In this document: piece after piece, positions 54,628 through 64,000 of the stretch
Position numbering within the stretch: position 1 is the stretch's first letter
How the letters are laid out: every line of letters begins with the position of its first letter
Source of the DNA: Acidimicrobiia bacterium
GTDB lineage: Bacteria > Actinomycetota > Acidimicrobiia > Spongiisociales > ZC4RG35
Reading direction: 5' to 3'
Assembly (NCBI GenBank): GCA_035250485.1
Contig: DATFFB010000041.1
Span: 3,047-67,046, forward strand
DNA length: 64,000 nt
The notes under the pieces: generated by a model
What the model saw: only the letters and a program-made list of their open reading frames with translations
The model's database searches: none
What the model was told of the DNA's origin: nothing
Made by a program: the position numbers and the translations under genes

Positions 54628-55302
54628 TTAGGACGAGACGAAGCTGACAATCGTCTCTCGAAGTCGATCGGTGTCTGGTGGGACCTTCATCGAGGCGAGT
54701 CCGGCATCGGCCACCTCGGTCGGGATCAATCCCCCTCGTCGCCGTTCCACCAATGCGGTCACGAACTCTGTAGTGAACTCGGGATGACCCTGGAATCCCA
54801 GGATGTGGTCGCCAACCGCGACCATCTCGACGGGGTTGGTGTCGGCGCTGGCTAGCACCCGCATTCCTGGAGCGAGAGCGACGATCTGGTCGGCATTGCA
54901 ATGCAGGATTCGCAAGCGACCCCCGTCAACCATCTCCGCTTCTTTGATCCCCACCTGCCAGCCTTGGGGTGCTCGAGTCACCCTGCCTCCTAAAGCCTCT
55001 CCGATCATCTGCGCCCCAAAGCAGACGCCGACATACTTGCGGCGCTCAGCGTCGATCCGTCGCAGGAGTTCTTTGAATCGATTTATCCAATCGAGGTCGT
55101 CGTACACCGACAGTCGGGAGCCGGCCCCAACCCAGGCGTCAATGGATTCCAGATCCGCCGGGAAGTCGCCGACCGTGAGATCGAAGGGGCGAATCTCGGC
55201 GCCGGGTAACAACTGCGAGAACATGTCCGGATAGTCACCAAAATCGCGGCGGAGCTCGGAGGGGATGTGGTCGCTGAGGAGAAGGCCGAGTCGCACGGTC
55301 AT
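54628..55302 (-). CDS. class I glutamine amidotransferase-like protein (possible gamma-glutamyl amide hydrolase)
   Basis: 224 aa. Nucleophile region VGVCFGAQMIG and GFQGHPEF. Confidence 0.75.
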   Translation of the reverse strand: MTVRLGLLLSDHIPSELRRDFGDYPDMFSQLLPGAEIRPFDLTVGDFPADLESIDAWVGAGSRLSVYDDLDWINRFKELLRRIDAERRKYVGVCFGAQMIGEALGGRVTRAPQGWQVGIKEAEMVDGGRLRILHCNADQIVALAPGMRVLASADTNPVEMVAVGDHILGFQGHPEFTTEFVTALVERRRGGLIPTEVADAGLASMKVPPDTDRLRETIVSFVSS

Positions 55303-56666
55303 TCCCCAATGAAGATGGTCTTGAGCTCGGTGTATTGCTCGAGGGCGGCCATGCCTTGCTCGCGCCCGAATCCCGACTGCTTGACGCCCCCGAACGGAGC
55401 CTCGATATGGACGCTCGACGACGAATTGATCGAGATCATCCCGGTCTCCACTGCCTTTGCCACCCGCAAAGCCCGACCAATATCACTCGTCCAGAGCGAA
55501 CCGGAGAGCCCGTAGATGGAATCATTCGCCAGCCGAATTGCTTCCTCTTCGTTGTCGAATGGGATGATTCCCACCACCGGCCCGAAGATCTCGTCCTGCA
55601 TCACCCGCATGTTCGTATTGACGTCGAGCATGACCGTTGGTGTGAGAAAGTTTCCTGGTAGCTCGGGCTGCTTGCCCCCCACCGCGATCGTGGCACCTTC
55701 CGCCCGGCCGATCTCAAGATATTCGACGACTCGTCGCCGATGAGCTGCGGTGATGAGCGGACCCATTTCGGTCTGGTCAAGGACCGGATCACCGAGCTTG
55801 ATTGCCCGCGTCGCCGCCACGAAGCGCTCCACGACCTCGGAATAGACCCCACGCTCGACGAGCATCCGGCTGCGAGCGCAGCAGTCCTGCCCGGCGTTGT
55901 CGTACACGGACCAGAGCGAGGAAGCTAAGCAAGCATCGAGATCGGCGTCGGCGAAGACGATGTTGGCTGATTTGCCACCCAGTTCCAGCGATACCCGCTT
56001 GATCGTTCCGGCTGCCGCTTCCATAACCCGGCGTCCGACCTCGGTCGAGCCGGTGAAGGAGATCTTGGAGACCAAGGGGTGATTGATCAGTGCCTCGCCG
56101 GCGGCAGAGCCCCGGCCGGTGACAACGTTCAAAGCCCCGTCGGGGAGCCCTGCTTCGAGCGCCAGATCGGTCAGGGCCAGCGCCGAGAGCGGTGTCACTT
56201 CTGCGGGCTTCAAGACCACGGTGTTGCCCATGGCCAGGGCAGGAGCGACCTTCCACCCCGCGATCACCATCGGAAAGTTCCACGGCACGATGGCCCCGCA
56301 GACTCCGATCGGATGGCGCCACGTCAAGAGGGTGCCCGGCGCGTTGCCGGGGATGGTGTCGCCTCCAAACTTGTCGGTGACGCCGGCATAGAAATCGAAG
56401 GTTGCAGCGACGGCGCCGATCTCGCCCCGAGCCGCGCTGATCGGCTTTCCGGTGTTCATGGATTCGAGCCTCGCCAAGCGTTCGTGATCACGTCGGATCA
56501 GGTCAGCGATCCGTCTCATGACATCGCGACGTTCCCGCACCGGGGCCTGACTCCAGGATCGAAAGGCTTCCCGAGCATGCTCCACCGCGACATCGACTTC
56601 AGCCGGACCAAGAGCCGGGACCTCGTCGATAGGCTCGGCGGTGGCGGGATTGACGAGGACGGTCAC
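55299..56666 (-). CDS. NAD(P)-dependent aldehyde dehydrogenase
   Basis: ELGGKS and catalytic Cys region GQDCCARSR. The proposed GTG start at 56666 forms a GTGA overlap with the stop of the upstream MerB-like gene. The track ORF extends to 56774. Confidence 0.85.
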   Translation of the reverse strand: MTVLVNPATAEPIDEVPALGPAEVDVAVEHAREAFRSWSQAPVRERRDVMRRIADLIRRDHERLARLESMNTGKPISAARGEIGAVAATFDFYAGVTDKFGGDTIPGNAPGTLLTWRHPIGVCGAIVPWNFPMVIAGWKVAPALAMGNTVVLKPAEVTPLSALALTDLALEAGLPDGALNVVTGRGSAAGEALINHPLVSKISFTGSTEVGRRVMEAAAGTIKRVSLELGGKSANIVFADADLDACLASSLWSVYDNAGQDCCARSRMLVERGVYSEVVERFVAATRAIKLGDPVLDQTEMGPLITAAHRRRVVEYLEIGRAEGATIAVGGKQPELPGNFLTPTVMLDVNTNMRVMQDEIFGPVVGIIPFDNEEEAIRLANDSIYGLSGSLWTSDIGRALRVAKAVETGMISINSSSSVHIEAPFGGVKQSGFGREQGMAALEQYTELKTIFIGE

Positions 56667-57325
56667 GACCCGAGATTCCAGAAAGGGCTGGTGAGCCCGA
56701 GGTCGTTGAGGATTCTTTGATTCTGTTCTCGGGTGTGAGGCTTCCAGTGGCTGGCCAAACGATCGCCCCACCAAGCGCTTGCGAGGTCAGAGAGCTGGCG
56801 AGTTGAGAGGACCGCCCCCCGCTGTCTTCCCGCCAGCCATCGCTTCAAATGTTCCTCCGACCGGAAGAGCAGCATGGTTCCTCAGGTGTGCGTGATGTCG
56901 TCCCACCACCGGGCCGCGGGAACCAGCACATGGAAAATCGAAGCCTCGTCATCCGGCCGGCCCTCGGTCACTGCTATCCGGATGGGGTTGGAGCAGTCCG
57001 GGCAGACGGTCTCGATAACCGAATCTAGGCCCAAGGCAGCACCGATTCCGAACGCATCCCAGGCGCAGTTGGCAAACCAACTGCGCTCGCCGGTTGAAAC
57101 CTTGAATTCAGTCTCCCGCCCTGCGAAAGGGTTGGCCATCAGCAATTCACCGGTCTCGCTATCGAGCACTAGTGCATGAGCCTCGTGCAGCCGTCGCCAG
57201 CCTTCCTGGACAACCTGCGAGGAAACGCCAAGAGCATCGGCAACCTCGTCCGCCGAAGGAGCTCGTCCGAGATCCGCGAACTGGTGATAAGTGGTGTTGC
57301 GCAATTCGAGATCGACCTTCTCCAT
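56663..57325 (-). CDS. alkylmercury lyase (MerB)-like protein with in-frame UGA (candidate selenocysteine at the MerB Cys159-equivalent position)
   Basis: Track ORFs 56882..57325 and 56663..56875 share a frame and are separated only by TGA-GGA-ACC. NCAWD matches the MerB C96xxD99 motif. HT-U-GTMLLFRSEEHLKRW aligns with MerB SFC-C-HVHFFASVPTAEDW. The fused length of 220 aa is close to MerB's ~212 aa. Confidence 0.65.
56851..56870 (-). promoter_or_regulatory. candidate SECIS hairpin downstream of the UGA in the MerB-like gene
   Basis: mRNA G-C-U-CUUCC-GGUC-GGAGG-A-A-C. The stem starts 11 nt after the UGA. The apical GGUC resembles the E. coli fdhF SECIS loop as I recall it. Confidence 0.4.
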
Positions 57326-57350
57326 CCCTTCATTCTTGCGATTCTTTTGA

Positions 57351-57364
57351 CACGGTTGACCGTG
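57351..57364. promoter_or_regulatory. 14-bp palindrome CACGGTtgACCGTG in the divergent merB-like/amt region
   Basis: Read directly. Function unknown. Confidence 0.3.
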
Positions 57365-57384
57365 CCAAAAATACGCAAGAATGA

Positions 57385-57412
57385 GTTAACCGGCCGGAAA
57401 CGCTCTCGAAAC
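57385..57412 (+). promoter_or_regulatory. GlnR-box-like element GTTAAC-n6-GAAAC-n6-GAAAC upstream of amt
   Basis: It matches the actinobacterial GlnR a/b-site pattern (gTnAc-n6-GaAAc) and lies 43-70 nt upstream of the amt GTG. amt-glnK-glnD is the classical GlnR target. Confidence 0.55.
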
Positions 57413-57454
57413 ACTTGAGTCTGATCGTGTCGCCTTCCTACTCGAGGAGGCAGG

Positions 57455-58651
57455 GTGAGCGAAGGAACCATCGCCTGGCTCTTGATCAGCTCCGCGCTGG
57501 TGCTGTTCATGACCCCCGGACTGGCTCTTTTCTATGGCGGGATGGTCCGTTCGAAGAACGTTCTCAACATGCTGATGAAGAACTTCTTCACGATCTCCAT
57601 CGTGACCGTGGTCTGGACCGTCATCGGCTACACCCTCGCCTTCGGCACAGACATCGGCGGGCTGATAGGGGGACTCGACTTCTTCGCCCTGCGGGGTGTC
57701 GAAGGCGACAGCCTTCTTTTCATGGTCTTCCAGATGATGTTCGCCATCATCACCCCCGCCCTGATCTCAGGGGCAGTCGCCGAACGGATGAAGTTCTCCG
57801 CCTGGGTCCTCTTCACCACCCTGTGGGCCCTGATCATCTATCCGATCGTCGCCCATTGGGGCTTCGCCGCCGATGGCTGGCTCTTCGCCTGGGGTGTCCG
57901 TGACTTCGCCGGCGGCCTGGTGGTCCACATCAATGCCGGGATTGCCGCCCTGGCCCTGGTCTTCGCCCTCGGACCCCGTCGTGGGTTCGGAGCGGAGGTG
58001 ATGCGGCCCCACTCCCTACCGCTCACTCTGCTGGGGACCGGCATCCTCTGGTTCGGGTGGTTTGGTTTCAACGCCGGCTCCGCTTTGGCCGCCGATGGCA
58101 TCGCCGTCAGCGCCTTCGTCACGACGCAGATCGCCGCCTCGGTGGCGGCCCTGGGCTGGGTGGTCGCCGAGTGGATGAAGACCGGCAAGCCCACCACTCT
58201 CGGCGCGGCCTCCGGAGCCGTGGCCGGCTTGGTTGCCATCACTCCCGGAGCGGGCTTCGTCTCGCCGATGTCGGCCATAGCCATCGGCGCCGTCGCCGGT
58301 TTTCTCTGCTTCCTAGCGGTGAGTCTCAAGTTTCGCTTCGGCTACGACGACTCCCTCGACGTGGTCGGAGTCCATCTGGTAGGCGGCATCGTCGGTTCGG
58401 TCCTGGTGGGGGTCTTCGCCGAAAGCCGGGTCAACACAGCCGTTCCCGATGGCCTGCTCTTCGGCGGGGCGAGCTTCTTTTTCAAGCAGGTCGTCGCCGT
58501 GCTGGCGGTGATCGCCTTCACCTTCATCGCCACCTACCTGCTGGCTCGCATCGTCAAAGCCCTCACCGGCCTGCGGGTCGAGGAGAATCAGGAAACCGAA
58601 GGTCTCGACATCTCGCTCCACGAAGAGCGGGGTTATGTGTTCTCGGAATAG
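57455..58651 (+). CDS. amt: ammonium transporter
   Basis: 398 aa Amt/MEP family (FAGGLVVHINAG, GFNAGSAL, VHLVGGIVG). GTG start after a GGAGG RBS. Confidence 0.95.
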   Translation: MSEGTIAWLLISSALVLFMTPGLALFYGGMVRSKNVLNMLMKNFFTISIVTVVWTVIGYTLAFGTDIGGLIGGLDFFALRGVEGDSLLFMVFQMMFAIITPALISGAVAERMKFSAWVLFTTLWALIIYPIVAHWGFAADGWLFAWGVRDFAGGLVVHINAGIAALALVFALGPRRGFGAEVMRPHSLPLTLLGTGILWFGWFGFNAGSALAADGIAVSAFVTTQIAASVAALGWVVAEWMKTGKPTTLGAASGAVAGLVAITPGAGFVSPMSAIAIGAVAGFLCFLAVSLKFRFGYDDSLDVVGVHLVGGIVGSVLVGVFAESRVNTAVPDGLLFGGASFFFKQVVAVLAVIAFTFIATYLLARIVKALTGLRVEENQETEGLDISLHEERGYVFSE

Positions 58652-61310
<2,659 letters not shown>

Positions 61311-61314
61311 CTCA

Positions 61315-62088
61315 CTAGAGCGGGGTGACGTAGGCCGAGGTGATTCCACCGTCGACTAGGAAGGTGGCACCGGTCGTAAAGGAAGACTCGTCTGAGGCAA
61401 GCCAGAGCGCGGCCCGCGCCATCTCCTTGGCTTCTCCGAACCGACCCATAGGAATGTGAACCAGCCGCCGAGCCTTCTTTTCCTCCGTGTCAAGGAATTT
61501 CATCAGGAGTTCGGTGTGAAGGGGACCCGGACAGAGAGCGTTTACCCGGATGCCTTCGCGGGCATGCAAAACGGCCAGTTCGCGCGTCATCGACAGCACG
61601 GCTCCCTTCGATGCCGTGTAGGCCACCTGCGGCGTGGCTGCCCCCAACATTGCCACGAAGGAGGCGGTGTTGATGATCGATCCCCCGCCAGCGCGACGCA
61701 GGGCGGGGATCCCGAACTTGCATCCCAGAAACACTCCTTTGGCGTTGATGCTCATCGTCAGATCCCACACTTCCTCGTCCGTCGAAACCGCATCGTCGTC
61801 ATTCGAGTGCATGATCCCGGCGTTGTTGAACAACACGTCGAGACGACCAAACTCGGATTCAGCGGTCGTGACCATCGCCTCGCAATCGGCGGCCTTCGAC
61901 ACATCTGCTCCGACAGCGGTTGCCCGGCCCCCGCTCCGGTTGACGTCATTAGCCACCGCCACAGCCGCCTCCCGATCGAGGTCGACGGCGACCACCGATG
62001 CGCCCTCGGCTGCAAACAGGAAGGTGGCTTCGCGACCGATCCCTCCGGCGGCGCCAGTGATCAGCGCCACCTTGTTCTCCAGTCTCAT
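61315..62088 (-). CDS. SDR family oxidoreductase
   Basis: 257 aa from MRLENKVALITGAAGGIG, with YTASK catalytic motif. The start overlaps the upstream GS-like gene's stop by 1 nt (TGATG). Confidence 0.85.
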   Translation of the reverse strand: MRLENKVALITGAAGGIGREATFLFAAEGASVVAVDLDREAAVAVANDVNRSGGRATAVGADVSKAADCEAMVTTAESEFGRLDVLFNNAGIMHSNDDDAVSTDEEVWDLTMSINAKGVFLGCKFGIPALRRAGGGSIINTASFVAMLGAATPQVAYTASKGAVLSMTRELAVLHAREGIRVNALCPGPLHTELLMKFLDTEEKKARRLVHIPMGRFGEAKEMARAALWLASDESSFTTGATFLVDGGITSAYVTPL

Positions 62089-63461
62089 CAGATGCGCTCG
62101 AAGTACCGCCACCGCTCCCAGTCGGTGACGGAGTTGTCAAAAGCGTCTTGCTCCTGACGGAAGAAGTGGGTGTAGTGCTCCTGGACGTCCTCCCCGAAAG
62201 CGGCCTTGACAAACTCCGAAGCCGAGAAGTTGTCCGTCGCTTCCCGCAACGTTCGCGGCACTCGGGCTAGTTCGGATGCTTGATAGATGTCGCCGGAGAA
62301 ATGTGCTGGCGGCTCGATCTCTTTGGCAATCCCGTCGAGTCCCGCCGCCAGCACAGCCGCATAGGCGAGGTAGGGGTTGCAATCAGCCCCCGGAATCCGG
62401 CACTCGATGCGCAAGCCCGAGCCGTGACCGACCACTCGGAACCCGGCGGTGCGGTTGTCGTAGGACCAGGCGATTCGAGTCGGGGCCCACGACCCGTCTT
62501 GATAGCGCTTGTACGAGTTGATCGTCGGAGCGAAAAAGGGCATCACGTCGGGGACATGGGTCATCCATCCGCCCAAGAAATGGCGGAAGGTCGGAGACAC
62601 CTCTATTGGACCCTCCAATGCTTCGCCGGGGAATGCGTTGATATCGCCCGACCACAGACTCAGGTGGATGTGACAGGAGGAGCCGGCTTCGCTCATCTGT
62701 GGCTTGGCCATGAATGTCACCGACATGTCGAGCGACTCGGCGATCTCCTTCATCGCCAGCTTCATGATCGAGTGCCGGTCGGCCATCTCCAGCACCTCTG
62801 CGTAGCGAATGTTCATCTCGTGCTGGCCCCGGCCCCATTCCCCTTTCGAATTCTCCACCGGAATCCCGGAAGCCGAAAGATGCCGGCGGACGGCCCCGTT
62901 GTACTTTTCCTCTCGCATCCCCTGCAGCAGGTGATAGTCCTCGATGTACCAGCCAACGGGGTTGAGGTCCTGGTAGCGGCGGGCGGCCGCATCCCGGTAG
63001 CTGTCCTGAAAGAGGAAGTACTCAATTTCCGAGGCGCCCTGGGCTGTGAACCCCGACTCTCCCGCCCGCTCGAGCTGCCGCCGGAGAATGGTCCGGGGGG
63101 CGACCGCGACAAGATCGTGGTGGTGCGGATCATGCAAATCGGAGAGGACGATGGCACTGCGGTCGAGCCAGCTTGCGACCCGCATCGTCCCCAGATCGGG
63201 AACCATGTGGAAGTCCCCATAGCCCAACTCCCAATTGGCGTATTTGTAACCAGGCACCGGTTCCATCTCCATGTCGACGGTGAGGAGGTAGTCACAACCG
63301 TGGGTGCCGGCCCTGGCAATGTCCTCGAGGAAATAAGAGCCCTCAAATCGCTTGCCGTGAAGGCGGCCGTAGTGATCGGTGAATGCCACCACCACGGTGT
63401 CAATCTTCCCCGTGTCTACCAACCCGGCCAGGTCGTCCGTGGTCAACAGCCCCCGAGTCAT
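62088..63461 (-). CDS. glutamine synthetase family protein (gamma-glutamyl-amine synthetase-like, GlnA2/3/4 type)
   Basis: 457 aa with GS catalytic domain blocks (EVAPGQ-like region, GSSCHIHLSLW, NRTAGFRV). Confidence 0.85.
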   Translation of the reverse strand: MTRGLLTTDDLAGLVDTGKIDTVVVAFTDHYGRLHGKRFEGSYFLEDIARAGTHGCDYLLTVDMEMEPVPGYKYANWELGYGDFHMVPDLGTMRVASWLDRSAIVLSDLHDPHHHDLVAVAPRTILRRQLERAGESGFTAQGASEIEYFLFQDSYRDAAARRYQDLNPVGWYIEDYHLLQGMREEKYNGAVRRHLSASGIPVENSKGEWGRGQHEMNIRYAEVLEMADRHSIMKLAMKEIAESLDMSVTFMAKPQMSEAGSSCHIHLSLWSGDINAFPGEALEGPIEVSPTFRHFLGGWMTHVPDVMPFFAPTINSYKRYQDGSWAPTRIAWSYDNRTAGFRVVGHGSGLRIECRIPGADCNPYLAYAAVLAAGLDGIAKEIEPPAHFSGDIYQASELARVPRTLREATDNFSASEFVKAAFGEDVQEHYTHFFRQEQDAFDNSVTDWERWRYFERI

Positions 63462-63602
63462 CGGTCAGTCTCCATTCGCTTGAGCGGCGAAAGCGTAGAG
63501 CCGACACGCCGAGCGATGCCGGGGCGACCGCAAGAAAAGGTGCCAACGTCCCGGCAGCCGGCGCCGGTGATTTCTAGGCTCCTGCGCCGGCAGAGGAGGC
63601 CT

Positions 63603-64000
63603 ATGACCAACGAGCGGAAAATCGGCTCGGTCACCTATCAGAACGTCGATCAAACTTACTTCAGCGAACGCGGCCTGCGCAGGCACGCCGGAGTCTGGTC
63701 CTTATGGGCACTGGGAGTCGCCGCCGTTATTTCCGGTGACTTCTCGGGGTGGAACCTGGGGCTCAACGTCGGGGGCTTTGGCGGTCTTTTGATTGCCACC
63801 GTTGTCATCACGATCATGTATTTCGGGCTTTGCTACTCGATCGCCGAGATGTCGCCGGCACTCCCCCATACCGGAGGTGCCTACTCCTTCGCTCGCTCGG
63901 CAATGGGGCCGTGGGGAGGATTCATCACCGGTCTCGCCGAAAACATCGAGTACGTGGTCACGACCGCGGTGGTGGGCACATTCGCCGCCGCGTACGCCCG
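63603..64000 (+). CDS. amino acid/ethanolamine permease (APC family), N-terminal part; 3' end lies outside the window
   Basis: ATG after a GAGGAGG RBS. SLWALGVAAVISGDFSGWNLGL and following TM segments resemble ethanolamine permease (Eat). Confidence 0.75.
   Translation, partial: MTNERKIGSVTYQNVDQTYFSERGLRRHAGVWSLWALGVAAVISGDFSGWNLGLNVGGFGGLLIATVVITIMYFGLCYSIAEMSPALPHTGGAYSFARSAMGPWGGFITGLAENIEYVVTTAVVGTFAAAYA

Noticed and set aside
54445-54631. 62-aa plus-strand ORF (MKQLSPLEG...) as a real gene
   Set aside because: Its A/T-ending codon usage is unlike every confident gene in the window, and it has no motif. It is kept only as part of the finding on the unusual intergenic region.

Overview
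This is a high-GC, gene-dense chromosomal segment of actinobacterial type. F420/LLM enzymes, an HspR-linked dnaK operon, an amt-glnK-glnD operon and ECF sigma factors all point that way; possibly Acidimicrobiia-like, but the taxon is a guess. I can support about 64 protein-coding genes. I saw no rRNA, tRNA, CRISPR array, transposase or integrase. Recognisable blocks, in order: (1) class V aminotransferase/MOSC, transporters, and an ECF sigma coupled to an MGMT-like gene; (2) a four-gene operon of DGPF protein, ECF42-like sigma, CHAD protein and a P-loop kinase::LLM fusion; (3) lon, divergent from dnaK-grpE-dnaJ-hspR; (4) a secreted DUF4331 protein, a TPR protein and an extended NicO-type Ni/Co permease; (5) kynureninase, then soxR with a textbook SoxR box in front of a leaderless SDR/QueA-like/LLM operon; (6) rhomboid protease and a CopB-type P1B ATPase; (7) two cyclase-fold proteins and a tandem-HTH mini-protein; (8) a TetR/hydrolase-GT/OsmC/FAD operon; (9) the respiratory formate dehydrogenase operon fdnGHI-fdhE; (10) clpB; (11) a nitrogen block in which gamma-glutamylation amine-catabolism genes surround amt-glnK-glnD. 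The main finding is that three genes the ORF track splits are better read as single genes with an in-frame UGA (selenocysteine). These are FdnG (the classical case), an AhpD/carboxymuconolactone-decarboxylase-like protein with a CxxU motif, and a MerB-like (alkylmercury lyase family) protein. In the MerB-like protein the UGA aligns with the catalytic Cys159 of MerB, and I am not aware of a described selenoprotein of that family. Each UGA is followed 11-13 nt downstream by a small hairpin. Other observations: a dispersed family of intergenic hairpin repeats (core CTGCGCGGATTTT), several perfect palindromes in promoter or intercistronic regions, and several unusual domain fusions and gene couplings. 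All calls rest on reading the translations and sequence by eye. No database searches or folding calculations were run.
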